Positions 36,724 to 50,960 of a DNA stretch of 64,000 nucleotides are shown one piece after another. The stretch is from NCBI GenBank assembly GCA_043290085.1, contig CM091795.1:422025137-422089136 (forward strand). Reading direction: 5' to 3'. Positions within the stretch are counted from its first letter, which is position 1, and each line of letters begins with the position of its first letter. Below the pieces are notes generated by a model. That model saw nothing but the letters and a program-made list of their open reading frames with translations, ran no database searches and was not told the origin of the DNA. The translations under genes and the position numbers were made by a program. This DNA is from Rhynchocyon petersi. Lineage: Eukaryota.

Positions 36724-37388
36724 AAAGCTAGGGGCAAACGCCTGAAATGGAATTCTGTTTCTTGGAATCTTTATTGGATTCCAGTCCATGATCCCCAGAT
36801 AATTTTCAAGTCTCTGTAAATATTAGTTTGTTACTATAATTAGTGCTTATTTCATTTTATCAGTCATTTGTGATATCTAAAGAAAATAGAACTAGGGCCA
36901 AGACTCTGCACTAGTCAGCTTGATTATTATCACAACACTGTAGTATAGAGGTTTATGCATTTTGAAAGGTATGGAAGGATAAGTTCTTTTTCTGCCTAAA
37001 CATTTACAGATACATGTGTTTACGTGAGGAATCATCTGAAAAGATGTTCATACTGTTTTTGTTTCTGGGTTTGAGTTCTATGGATGATCTTGCTATTTTT
37101 GCTAACCTATGTTTTCTAAATCCTTACATGTATGATTGAAAATAATTTTTTTGAGGAGCTAGACAAGACAATCTTGTTCGCTTTACTTGTTCTATAGTTT
37201 TAGCAAGAAATACGGGTATATGTGAGGGTGATTTAAAGAATTTGGTAATCACCCTCATGAGTGAATTATAAAAATAATTGAAGGTAGTAGCATTAGCACT
37301 TGAAATAATTTTTTTGGTGGTCTTTTGCAGAAATAAAATTTCAAGAGACCGAACTTAGATGTGAATCTTTTTCCTTTTCCAGTCTTAC

Positions 37389-37427
37389 ACTTGTGTCGCT
37401 GAAAGTCCTGGATATACAGGTAATGGC
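37389..37427 (+). other. Candidate small internal exon (39 nt), possibly a CCNB1IP1 5'UTR exon.
   Basis: The context is ccttttccag|TCTTACACTTGTGTCGCTGAAAGTCCTGGATATACAG|gtaatg. It has a good acceptor and donor in unique, non-repeat sequence. Confidence 0.25.
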
Positions 37428-37782
37428 TTTTCTTTTATGGTAAGACTTAGGTTGAAAATGAAGATTTTTATATAGGGCAAAAATGACTTTGAATCCTTAA
37501 AAGTTTTGTGATTTCATGTCTGCTTGCCTAGGGTCTTCATGTAAAGATGTAGAGAAGTAACACAGCATAGTTTTCAGTGGGTTCTGCAGATAGACTATGT
37601 TCGTTCAAATACATGCAATTTACAAAATTGGGTACCTTGGGCAATTTTCTTCCAATTTTAGAAGATTATGAAAAAACTATCTGGCTCACAGAATGATTAC
37701 TTTGTATATTAGACAGTAAATGCATTTATAAGAACTTGAGGCCATGTGCATATGTATGCATAAGACCTTAAGAATCAGCTTC

Positions 37783-38275
37783 TTTTGCTGTTGCGCTGAG
37801 TTGTGCGGAGTTGGAGGTCTGGGTGAATTTACGACTGTGCTCCCCACTGCCATGACTGAGGAAGGCATTGGTGCAGGAGGTGTAATGGATGTTATTACTG
37901 CTTTACAAGAAGAGGTGCTAAAGACCACCGTCATCTATGGTGGCCTAGCATGTGGAATCTGTGAAGCTGCCAGAACCTTAGACAAGCATGAAGCCCATCT
38001 GCGTGTGCTTGCAACAACAGCAACGAGCCTGTGCATGTGAAGCTAGAAGCCCATTGTGCAGAGCACCAAATCAACCTGATACAAGTTGATGACAACAGGA
38101 AACTAGAGGAGTGGCTTTTGCAAAATTGACAAAGAAGAAAAGCCCTGGGATGTGGTTGGCTGCAGTTGTGTGGTGGTTAGTAACTATGCAGGAATCTGAG
38201 GCCAAGGATGTCATTGGAGAGTATTTAAAATGCAAAAAAGTGAAATAAAAACTTTGGAATATTGGGAAAAAATCA
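37783..38275 (+). pseudogene. RPS12: Processed pseudogene of ribosomal protein S12. It is intronless and carries multiple stops and frameshifts.
   Basis: Translates as [50 protein letters not shown]...[13 protein letters not shown]...FKMQK. Human RPS12 reads [53 protein letters not shown]...[38 protein letters not shown]-like 5' end reads cttcttttgc. The 3' end is A-rich. Confidence 0.85.
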
Positions 38276-39456
38276 TGTAGGGATCTTGTTTAAACTGTAG
38301 ATTCTGATTCATTATATCTGATATAGATATGAGCTAGTTCAAAGTCCTACTTTCCCATTTAACATTTAGGGGACCTTAGTTCTTAAATCATCTCTTTAAA
38401 AATTTAGATATAATAATTATTACCTTCATAAGTTTATTGATGTTTTCCATTTTACTGAGTATTTATTAAAATAATGTGGTTAGAAGTACATTTTGATGGC
38501 TGTTCCTCTTGCTGCTTGGAGCCTTAGGCAGTGAGATTTTAGTCCATCATAGATCAAACCTGGCTTGTCTTCACTCAGGGCACCATGGGATGGGTTGGCC
38601 GTCCGTTAGTGTCTTCTGATTTTTGCGGAGTCTAACAATTATAAAGTAGATAAACAGATTAAGAGCCTGTACCTTTATTTGTTTTCAAAGGAGAAAAAGT
38701 TAATTAATATATTTAATATAAGTCTTTGGTGATGATACTTGAATTGCTTTGACCTAGAAGTATGATGAGGGAGCTCTGGTTACCTAGTGGTAAGGAGCTG
38801 TGCTGCCAACAAAAAGGCACGCGGTTCAAATCCGCCAGCTGCTCCATGGGAAAAAGAGTGGCATTGACTTCCATGTGATTAACTACTTTTGACAACCCGC
38901 TGGTGGGTCAGCTATGAGTCGGTCATGACTTGACATTACTTAACAACAAAAACAACACAAGTATATTGTCAAAAACTGATTGTGACAGTTAATGAAATAA
39001 TTGTGCTCTGAAGCCATTCGTGTTTAAATGGTATTACTCTGTTTTCTATCCCCCACACCCCTTGATCGCACAAATTTTCTGGGTCATTTTAAAAATAGTT
39101 TTCTCTTTGCAGTATGAAGGTAGAAGATATAACATATTAAAGATGGAAGTTGGATTTTCTCACCAGAAGCAGTCCTATGGAATCAATCGACTTGCAGACG
39201 TGTGAGAGGTGGCAAAGGAAGGACAGAACTGAAATCACTGTGGCTCAGCTTTCAAAATAGACAGTTCTTCCCCCCCCACCCCCCGTATAAGGTGAATAAT
39301 AACAACGTGGAGGTACACATTTCTTACAGCAGCGAAAGAGCAGTGTTTTCCCACAGATAAATCTCGGAATGCAGGAAGGGATAGGGAAGACTGGAAGCCG
39401 TGAATGTGGAGAGAAGTGGGAATTGCAGTGCATTGTGGGGATTGCAGTCAGTGTGA

Positions 39457-40430
<974 letters not shown>

Positions 40431-41579
40431 ATTTGAAGTGAATTGCAATCGTTCATTGGTTTGCCAACAATTTTAATGAGTGTTCCTTTCAGGAGGAAGT
40501 TCAGATGACATTAGCGATGCTTAAACTTCAGTGTTTGCGTACCCTCACTACCTGGGTACTCAGAGAATGTTAGCTTAGTATTAGTATTTTTGCCACGGTC
40601 TGTATGTGCAAAGATATGGAAGTTTTCTAATATTTTCAACAGGAACTGTAGACATGTCCGGTATTGTTCACTGACTAGCACTGCTCCACCTGAAGCTCCC
40701 CTTGGGCTATTATCTTTACTGGGGTAAGGTTCTAGGTCTTTTCTCCCACAGAAGCCTGTTGGGTTGTTGTTGCCATGTGCCATTAAGTCGAGGATGACTC
40801 AGAGTGACCCTATGAGCAGCAGATCCAAAACCTGCTCTATTCTGAACCATCCTCAGCATCCCCGAAACACTTGAGCCCATCACTGTAGTTACTGTGTCCA
40901 TCCATCTAGTTGAGGGTCTGCCTCTCCTCTGACCCTCCACCTTTCCAAGCATGATGCCTCTCTCCAGGGATTTCCCTCTCCTAACATGTCCAAAATATGT
41001 GAGATGAAGCTTCACTATCCTTGCCTCCAAGGAGCACTCTGGCTGGACTCTATCCAGGACATATTTGTCCTTTTGGCCATCCATGGGATATTGAGCACTC
41101 TTTTCCAACACCACAGTTCAAAGGCATCAATTCTTTTTCTGTTGTCCCTAGTCATTGTCCAACTTTCAGATGCATGGCTATCTGTTGAGAACACCATGGT
41201 TTGGATCAGGTTTTCTTGTTCAAAATGGCTTTTCTAGGCCACTGCCCTGACTTTGCAGCATGTCTGGTCACGAACATGCGAATAGGGTGTGTTAGTCTAA
41301 GCACAAGAGATTTGGCTAGTTTCACCATTTCATCAGCTTTAAATTGAGCAGGTTCAGGGGCAATAATTTGGGAAAATCTCACCTTGAGCAAGTAAGACGT
41401 GGCAGAGAATCCAATGCATGTCCTTTGGGGCTAGTCAGACAGGTACCTACAGGAAAAACTCCAGGAATCCCAGCAGAGAACCAAAGACCTAATAATATGA
41501 GACCAGAACTGACCTGGGATTGCTATCCCTTGGAGCCAGACCTCCAGCTTGCTGGAGGACTTGGGGGTGGGCTTGGGGT

Positions 41580-42135
41580 GGGGTACTGTCGAGTTGTGAC
41601 CAACTGACTCATCATGACCCTCCCGAGGGTTTCCAGAGGCAGTATCATGCACGGGAGTTGAAGCCACTCTTTCTCCCGCAGAGCGGCTAGTGGATTCAAA
41701 CCGCATGCCTTTGTGTTGGCAGCGCAGCTCCTTTACTAGGCCAGGCCAGCTGCTTGGAGGACTTGGGGAGACACTGTAATTGACAAGACTAAGTGGTAAA
41801 GGAGCTGCACTGCCAACCCAACCAAAGTCATGCAGTTTGAATACACCAGCTGCTCCGTGGGAGAAAGTGGCTTCAACTCCAGTGTGAGATGGTGTGGTGT
41901 ACCGTCGAGTCATGAACGACTCATAGTGACCCTCCCGAGGGTTTTCGGAGGCGGTATCTCACAGGGAAGTAGAAACCACTCTTTCCCCCGTGGAGCAGCT
42001 GGCAGGTTTGAACCGCGTGCCTTTGGGCTTGCAGCGCAGCTCTTTCACCACTAGGCCATACCAGCTGCCCAGTGTGAGATACTGCCTCCGAAAACCCTCG
42101 GGAGGGTCACTATGAGTCGCTCACGACTTGTCGGT
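41580..42135. mobile_element. Cluster of four adjacent AfroSINE copies in alternating orientation (about 41580-41750 minus, 41775-41885 plus, 41890-42065 minus, 42062-42135 plus).
   Basis: Repeated SINE cores read gagtcatgaacgactcatagtgaccctcccgagggttttcggaggcggtatctcacagggaagtagaaacc, and the complement ccaaccaaagtcatgcagtttgaatacaccagctgctccgtgggagaaagtggcttc. Confidence 0.7.
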
Positions 42136-45100
42136 ACCATCATACATCAAGTGGGAGAAAGTGGCATCCCGTGTGACATTCTGTCTCTGGAAACCCTCAG
42201 GAGGGTCAGCTCTGAATAACTCAGTGATAGTCATCCATCTGTGGTGTTGGAGAAGAGTGCTCAATATTCCATGGATGGCCAGGAAGACAAACATATGTTC
42301 TGGAGAAGGTCCAACCAGAGTTCTCCTTGGAGGCAAGGGTGACAAAGCTCCGCCTCACATATTTCGGACATGTTGCTAGGAGGGACAGGTCCCTGGAGAA
42401 GGACATTATGTTTGGGAAGGTGGAGGGTAAGAGAAGGAGGGGCAGACCCCCGACAAGATGGTTGGACACAGTTACGGCAGCGATGGGTGCCAGTGTGTCG
42501 GGGTTGGTGAAGATGGCACAGGATAGGGGCATTTCAGGTCTGTGGTTCATAGGGTCGCTATGAGTCATTTTCGACTCGATGGCACATAACAACAACAACA
42601 ACTCATCCATCATCAAGCATTTGAAGAGGGAGCTCTGGTGGCCTAGTGGTGGCACTGCAGTGTCAAAGGTTTGCACTTTGAACCCACCAGCTGCTTCATG
42701 GGAGAAAGTAGTGTCAACTCCCCTGTGCTTTAATGCCTCTGAAACCCCGCTGGAGGGTCAGCTGTGAGATGGCACCTAACAACAAGCCTCGGAAAACTAC
42801 TGGAGTGTCAGCTATGTGTTGGTCCCAACTTGAAAGTACCCAACCAGAACTTTGTAACCCTTCAGATGCAAGGCTGAAGGGCCTGTGACCACAGTTTAGA
42901 AATTACCCTGAAGAGAAATTGGGTCCTTTTGCCAACCTGAATTGTAACCTGTTAACCTCTCTTAATCCCATTAATTGTGACTGTGGTTCTGTGAGTTCTG
43001 TCTGTCTATTGCAATGGATTTCTGAGCCAGTAGAGCCAGGATTGGTTTTGTGATGGTAGAAATAGGTGCAGAAGAATGTGTGGGTGGTGGGTATTTCTGA
43101 CCCTTGGAATTAGTTTTGTTCTGTGGATACTGTGGATGGAGACAGTTCCCCATAGTAGAGTTAAAGGTCAGATGTGTCTGCTTCTATGCTGCCCTTACTG
43201 CTTTTAGAAAGCCACAGTTAATAAATCAAGTGATTTGTTGCATTTGGCCAAATTTACAGAAATTGGACCTCTTTAAATATCAAGGGTATCACTTTAAGGC
43301 ACACCTGACCCAAACCACGGAATGGTTTGTGGGTTTAAAGCATTGACCTTATGGTTGGCTGAGTGCTTAACCATTGTCACCAAAGCTCCTGTACAAGCAG
43401 TTGCTTGTTGAGTTCATTTTGACTTAGCAAACCTATGTTCAACAGTGAAACAACCCAGCCATGGGCCAACCTCACAATCACTTCTATGCTTAAGCTTATT
43501 GTCGCCACTGTGTTGATCCATCTCATTGAGGGTCTTCTCGCTTTCTATAAAGAATGATATATTTCTCCATTACCACTTTAGTATGTCCACCATGTGTGAG
43601 GTAAAGTCTCTTCCTTCTTGCTTCTAAGGAGCATTCTGGCTATACGTACTTTTTCCAAGACATGTTCTTTTTAGTCCATGTATAGTGTTCTCTGCCAACA
43701 CTACATTTCAAAGGCATCTTTCTTTGATCTTCCTTTGGAAACTATAGTTAACTAGCCTGACATTCCCCATGTGTATAAGGCAATAGGAAATTCCATGGCT
43801 TGGATCAGGAGCACCTTAAAGTGACATCGTGCACTAATTTGGAGAGGTCAGTTTTACCCAAATACATCTTTTCATTGTTTACCTGCCTCTTCTAGTTGTT
43901 GTTAGCTACCATGAAGTTGCAAGGAGCGAGGATTGTGAAGCTTCAACTCACATATATTGGACCTGTTGTCAGGAATGGGCGGTCCCTGGAAAGGAACGCC
44001 ATGCTTGGAAAGGTTTAGGGTCAAAGAAAGAGAGGCAGACCCTTGCCTTGAAGGATGGACACAGTGACTGCAGTGATGGGTTTATGTGTGTTAGGGATGG
44101 TGAGAATGGTGCAGGATAGGGCGGGTTTCAGATGTACTTATAGGGTAGCTATGAGAAAGTGGTGTCAACTCCTGTGCAATTAACTGCCTCTGACAACCCA
44201 CCAGAGGGTCAGCTATGAGTTAACAACCCGCAGATTATGATGTTCTGTGGTGCCCAGTGGTAAGGATTTGGTTTTCTTAAGGTTTAGCCATAATCCATAT
44301 TGAAGACTGTAGTCTTTGATCCTCTGCAGCAATCTTTGCAGGTTCTTTTCACTGTCAGCAAGCAGGGTTGTTTCATCTGCAATATCACATCTTCCTCTGA
44401 TCCTAATACCACATTCTTCCTCATAGAGCTCAGCTTCCCAAATAATTTGCTCAGTGTACAGATTGAACAGGAAGGGTAGAGGATATACCCCTGATGCATG
44501 CCTTTCTTGATTTTGAACCATGTAGTATTTCCATGCTCTTGTTTGGACCACGGTTTCTTGATCTAGGTATACATGTCACATGAGCACTATTAAGTGTTCA
44601 GGATTCCCATTTGTCTCAGTTTTAGCCATAATTTGTTGTGATCCACACAGTCAAATGCCTTTGCATAGTCAATGAAACACAAATGGACATCCTTCTGGTA
44701 TTCTTTGCTTTCAGCCAATATCCACTTGATACCTGTAGTGATGTCCCTGGTGCCACATCCCCTTCTAAATCCAGTCTAACTTTCTGGCAGCTATTGATGT
44801 ACTGTCTAGTTGTTTTTAAATTAACTTCTATAGGATTTTGCTTGCATGTGGTATCAATGATATTGTTTGGTGATTTCCACAGTTTGTGGGATTGCCATTT
44901 TTAGGAATTGGAAAAATGCAGATCTCTTCCAATCAGTTGGCCAGATAGCTGTCTTCCAGATTTCTTGGAACAGCTTGGTGAGCACATCTAGGGCTGCTTC
45001 AGGTTTGGATCATGTGCATCTTAATCTTTATACACTGGGAGTTGAACCTAGAGTGCCTGAGTAAAAACCAGGATGCTAACTATTCGATCACGTGGTTAGC

Positions 45101-45899
45101 ATCAATAAATGGTACTTGGAAAACTGGATTTCCATATGCAGAAAATGAAACTGGAGTCATGCCTCACACCACACACAGTTCAAAATGGATTAAAGACCTA
45201 AACTAAAAAGTCTTAAAAGAACAAAAGCCTAACAGCAAAAGACAAATGAAACCTGGTTAAAAATTTAAGAGCTTTTGTTCATCAGATGATGATGATGGGT
45301 ACTGTCGAGTCATGACTGACTCATAGCTGACCCTCCAGAGGCTTCCCAGAGGCAGTATATCACATGGGAGTTGACGCAACTCTTTCCCTCATCAAAAGAC
45401 TACCAAAATCTCCCAAAGCCAAAATAAAATAAAAAATAACAAATTATTGACTTGGCTAATAAAATCAGAAGTCATGTTTTAAACAAGCATATAGTAAACA
45501 AAATATATATAGAAGTTGGACAACAACAAAAACGTAATCCAACCATAAAATGAACAATGAGTTGAAAAGGCATTTTACCAAAGAGGAAATCCAAGCACCC
45601 AACAAATCTAGTAAAATGCTCACCATTGTTAGTCATCAGAAAGATGCAAATAACATAATGAGATAACAATTTCACTCCCATATAGCAGCTGGCGTGGCCA
45701 AGTGGTAAGGAACTGCGCTGCTAACCCAAAGGCACACAGTTTGAATCCGCCAGCTGCTCTGCGGGAGAAAGAGTGGCGTCAACTCCCATATGATATACTG
45801 CTTCTGGAAACCCTCAGGAGGGTCACTATGAGTTGGTCACAACTCAACAGTAGGACAGTACCCCATCACCATCAGGCTAAATAAGGAAATCAATTCCAA

Positions 45900-46520
45900 A
45901 CCAGAATATCACCAGTGTTGGTGAAGATGTGGGAAATTTTGGAATCCTTATCCATTGCTGGTGAGAATACAGAATGGTACAGCTATTGTGAAACATGGTG
46001 TGGTGGTTCCTCCACAAACAAAGAATTACCATGTGAGCCACTAATTGTACTCCTAGGTAAATTACCCAGTATAACTGAAAGTGGAAACTTGTACACTAAT
46101 GTTCATTGCAGCACTATTAATTGTAGCCCAAAGATAGAAACAACCAAAATGCCCATTAACAGATGGATAAACAGAATGTGGTACACACATACGATTAAAT
46201 ACTACTTGGTGAGTAAGAGAAAGGAAGTCTTTGATAAATGCCACAGTGTGGATGAAGGAGGATGACAGTCTGCTGAGTGAAATAAGCCAATTATAGAAGG
46301 ACAAATATTACATGACCTCACTTATATAAAAAGACAAGGAAAAGCAAATGGAAAGAACAGACTTAAAGTAGTAGTTACCAGGAGTAGGAGGGGAAAAGGG
46401 TGTTATAGTGACGGGAAAATTCTGTTGTAAAGCTGATTATTGTAACTGCTGTCAATAATTTGTAATATAAAATGTCGAGTTTGAAAAAATTTAGTTACAA
46501 TGACAAAAATAAAAAGTAAC
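45900..46520 (+). mobile_element. LINE-1 3' fragment.
   Basis: ORF 45915-46265 contains KMPINRWINRMWYTHTIKYYLVSKRKEVFDKCHSVDE, an L1 ORF2 C-terminus. Downstream is A-rich. Confidence 0.7.
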
Positions 46521-46599
46521 TGCTGAGCATCTTATGTACCAAAGTCCTCCTGTGATTTGGTTTTTGGAGCTTAAGGTCATGGTTTTGTGTTCAGTTCAC

Positions 46600-47305
46600 T
46601 GGTTGTTGTTGTTGTTGTTATGTGCCATCGACTCGAAGACGACTCATAGCTACCCTATGAACAGCAGACCTGAAATGTGCCCTATCCTGAGCCATCCTCA
46701 CCATCTCCGACACACCCATACCCATCACTGCAGTAACCATGTCCATCCATGTAGTCGAGGGTCTACCCCTTCCTCTCCTACCCTCTACCTTTCCAAACAT
46801 GATGTCCTTCTCCAGGGACTGGTCTTTCCTGGCAACATGTCCAAAATACGTGAGGCTGAGCTTCACCACTCTTGCCTCTGGTTGGATCCTCTCCAGAACA
46901 CACTTGTTCGTTTTCTTGGCCATCCATGGGATATTGAGAACTCTTCTCCAGCACCACAGCTCAAAGGCATCAATTCTTCTGTCGTCCTTAGTCATTGTCC
47001 AACTCTCAGATGCATGGGTAGCGATTGAGAAGACCATAGTTTGGATCAGATACACCTTTGTCTCCAAACTGATGTCCTTACTCCTCAGGACCTTGGGGAG
47101 GTCTCTAACTGCAGCCTTTGCCAATGTGATGTGTCTCCTGATCTCTTGGCTGCTGGTGCCAAGGGTGTTGACTGTGGATCCAAGCAATATGAAATCCCTG
47201 ACATTTTCAATCTTCTCTTCATCCGCCATGACATCCCCTATTGGCCCAGTAGCAAGGATCTTGGTTTTCCTGAGATTCAGCTTCAATCCATAATGCAGAC
47301 TGCTC
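46600..47305 (-). mobile_element. Young RTE-class copy (3' 0.7 kb). It carries a 229-aa ORF (46618-47307).
   Basis: The ORF reads LKLNLRKTKILATGPIGDVMADEEKIENVRDFILLGSTVNTLGTSSQEIRRHITLAKAAVRDL...FELWCWRRVLNIPWMAKKTNKCVLERIQPEARVVKLSLTYFGHVARKDQSLEKDIMFGKVEGRRGRGRPSTTWMDMVTAVMG. This is the RTE C-terminal domain. It is nearly identical to the copy at 35300-36545. Confidence 0.8.
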
Positions 47306-50300
47306 ACTGGCCTAATGACATATTTTTATCTTTGGTTTTGAGTGAAAGTTTACACACCAAATTGTTTCCCATTCAGCCATTCACACTCATTGTTTTATAA
47401 TATTAATTACAGTCCCCACAATATAACTATACTCTTTTTACTTCCTGTGATTCTTTCCCTTAATCCTTTTATCCTGTTGTCTGAGCATTATCTTTGGGCA
47501 AATGCTACTCTTTTGACCGTATATGGTTGCTTATTCTAAGTGAGTTCCTACCTGGTGTTACTGCTCACTTTATGTTGTTGTTAATCATTGTTGTTATGTT
47601 TATGTTGTTGAGTTGGAACCGACCCTCCAGTGAATTTTCATAGCCTGTAAGTCACACAAGAGTTAATTGCTAGTTTCCCCCAGAGATTTGAACCCCATAC
47701 CTTAGAGTTTAAGAGTGTGCAGCTCTTTACTGCTAGGCCACCTGAGCTCCCTGTTCATTTTATACACTTGTCTATCATCTGGCTGAAAGTTGAGTGGTGA
47801 GTTTTGGTTCAGGTTTGAAGGGTGATAAGGGTCTTATTCTTAGGGGTCCACCAGTCTTTATCAGATTAATATACCTGGCCATTTTTATGTTTTGTTCTGT
47901 ATTTTCTTCTCAGCTCTAACCAGGACCTTTTTTCTTACTATGATCCCTGTTAGAGTGGTCAGCAGCAGTAACAGGGCACTACCTAGTTCCTCTGGTTTAG
48001 CCATAATCCATATTGAAGACAGTGGTCTTTGATCCTCTGCAGCAATCTTTTCAGGATTTTGGACATAGAAGTCTGTGTGGTCCATTAATTCCTTAGACTG
48101 CTTGTGTGCAGTTTTGCTTTTCTTCCCTGGTTGTTCCACACAGGAAGATTGAGCAATAGTTATGCATTATATGGCGGCTTGCCAGCTTTTGAGACCCCTG
48201 TTGCTACTCATCAAAATAGGATGCATCTATCTATATGGGATCAAATTGATGACAGCAACTTGAATGATTAAAAGACCTTAGAGAGTTTATGTTCATGAGA
48301 CAAATAACTCAGAAAAGGAGGGTGAGAATGATTACAAATTCGATGTGTTGCTGTGTGCTTAGTGATAACACAAAATAACATCTTAAAGAAAGAAAAGATG
48401 CTTAAACACTACTTAAAACGATATTGTGATGTTCTTATTGGCAGAAATTAAGAGGAAGAAACCTTTGCACGTCCACATGGGCTGAGTCTGCAGCAGTGGC
48501 CTCTATACACTTTGCTGGTGGCAGTGTAAATTTGTTACTGCTTTGGATAATGGCAAGACACATAAAACTAACATATCAATTTTGCCTGTTGATATTATAT
48601 TCTGTGGAAATATTCATTGTAGTAATTTTACAAAATCCAGGAGCTGGATGTCTATTAGAGATCCATTCAAAGAATGGATAAATAATGTATTTGTGATGTA
48701 TAGTTGTTAAATTAATGGTATTTACGAGTAATGTTTTAGGTACTGTCGAGTTGGGACTCACTCAGAGCTGACCCTCAAGTGGGTTTTCAGAGGTAGTTAA
48801 ATGGCATGGGAGTTGATGCCACTCCTTCTCCTGAAGAGCAGCTGGCAGGTTCAAACCATGTGCCTTTGGGTTGGCAGTACAGCTCCTCACCATTGGGCCA
48901 CCAGAGCTCCCTCTTATGAGTAATAGTCTGAACAAGTCTCAAAAGCAATGTGAGCCAGATGCTCAGTGATATGTGCCGTATTATTTAAAGCACATATGGG
49001 GCTAATAAACACCAAAATATTGTTGTTGTTGTTGTTATGTGCCATCGAGTCGAAGACGACTCATAGCGACCCCATGAACCACAGACCTGAAATGCCCCCT
49101 ATCCTGTGCCATCCTCACCAACCCTGACACACTGGCACCCATCGCTGCCGTAACTGTGTCCAACCATCTTGTCGGGGGTCTGCCCCTCCTTCTCTTACCC
49201 TCCACCTTCCCAAACATAATGTCCTTCTCCAGGGACCCGTCCCTCCTAGCAACATGTCCGAAATATGTGAGGCGGAGCTTTGTCACCCTTGCCTCCAAGG
49301 AGAACTCTGGTTGGACCTTCTCCCGAACATATCTGTTTGTCTTCCTGGCCATCCAAAATATAGAAATGAGTTAATTTTTTTGAGTGAAGGTTTACAAATT
49401 ATTGAAGGTCTATCATTCCATCATTCATACATATTTTGTTTTATAACATTAATTACACTTGCTTACTATAAAACCATTATTGCTTATTCCATTTTCCTTC
49501 ACCCACCTTATTTTTCCTTTTCTTTCCCTCCCTTCCCATTCCTGTCCAAGGTTGACTCTTACCTGTGTGTAAGCCATTCCTTAGCTTTTTGTAATAATGG
49601 TTTTATACCATAATTGTCCTGTGATGGACTGACATAATTACTTTTTTCTCATTCTCTCTGTACCTGTTAACCATTCAAGAATGATTTTTACTTTTGTGTC
49701 GCCATTCCTTAGCATTTTATGCTAATGGTCTTATACCATAATTGTCCTTTTTGTGACTGACATGGTACGCAGCATGACATGATTTCTTCTAGATTCATCC
49801 ATGTAGTTTTTCCAAAATTCTTTTTTTTTTTAGTGATGCACTCTTATTGTTTAAATGTACAATAGTTTATCTATTGATGAAAATTTGGATTATTTCCAGC
49901 TCTTTGCTATTGTAAATAATACTGTAATAAACAATGCAGTACCATGGCTGTGTATTATAGATGGTTTGTGCCTATTTTATATTTATATGCACACTCATTT
50001 TTTTTTTTGCGTAGAATGGGTTCAGTACTTCTTGGAAAGTGTAGTGGAAGTCACTGGAGAAGCCACCAGAGCCGGGACTCTGTCTCAGTTGGGATCATTT
50101 TTATTACCTGTTACATTGAATGACATTGCTTTTCATTCCCCAGGGCCCTCCTAGAGTAGATCCAGAAGAGTTTGTGCCATGAAAGAACGGGGCACATGCC
50201 CTTAAGAATCGGATATGTCTGCTGGCAGTGTTCAGCCTACTGGTCAGGAATGTATTAGAGATTGTGTAGTACCCTCACCTCCCACCATCCCCATTTTAGA

Positions 50301-50449
50301 ACCTGTCCAATAAAGGTTAGAAGTTTAGAAACACACTGGCTATTCCTGAAGTCCTTTAGTGAAATGGGATTAGACTTTATCCTGAAAAAAACCTCAGAAA
50401 ACGTGTACTGGGAATTGTAAAATTTCCCCAAGATTCAGAAGGCTTTCAT

Positions 50450-50960
50450 TTCAATTGTCAGAGCCACGATGGCGAGGGTGTTTATGCGTCTTCCAGTCTA
50501 CGGTAGGAAGCGGCACTCGGACGGTATCTGAGGGAATAGGCGCGGCCACACACGGCGGACCGCTTTGCGGATGCACCTGCCACCCGGCAAGAGAGGTGCC
50601 ACACTGCGCGCTTCCGACTCTGGCGCCCCCTTCCGGTGGGTCCCGAGATCCCTAGCGGCCCGAGCGCGGGGGCGGCCGTGCGCATGCGCTGGCGTGGGCT
50701 TCTGTGCGCGAGGCGGGAAGTGTCATTTTCCTTGTGAAGTTGGCAGAGGCGACGGTGTTTTCCCGCGCTTTTTCTTGGCACCGTAGGTTAAATATGTTTA
50801 CTTGTATTATTCCTATCCTTATCATTCTTGTTTATTCACTTGAGCGTGGTAAGAAAGCTAAGCATTCGCAGTGGAATGTCTGTGGGCCGGTAAGCGTGCC
50901 CCTGGGTAATTTGGACGAGCCCACCAGATCGACTCCTTTCTTCCCATTGTGGAGAATTCG
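50450..50960 (+). promoter_or_regulatory. CpG island 2.1 kb upstream of the CCNB1IP1 start codon. It is the likely proximal promoter or a 5' non-coding exon. It carries an ETS-like gcGGAAGTg motif at ~50713 and candidate donors at 50848 (gtg|gtaaga) and 50888 (ccg|gtaagc).
   Basis: It has very high CpG density. Examples are cgcggccacacacggcggaccgc and gcggcccgagcgcgggggcggccgtgcgcatgcgc. The many short ORFs on both strands here have no coding character. Confidence 0.5.
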
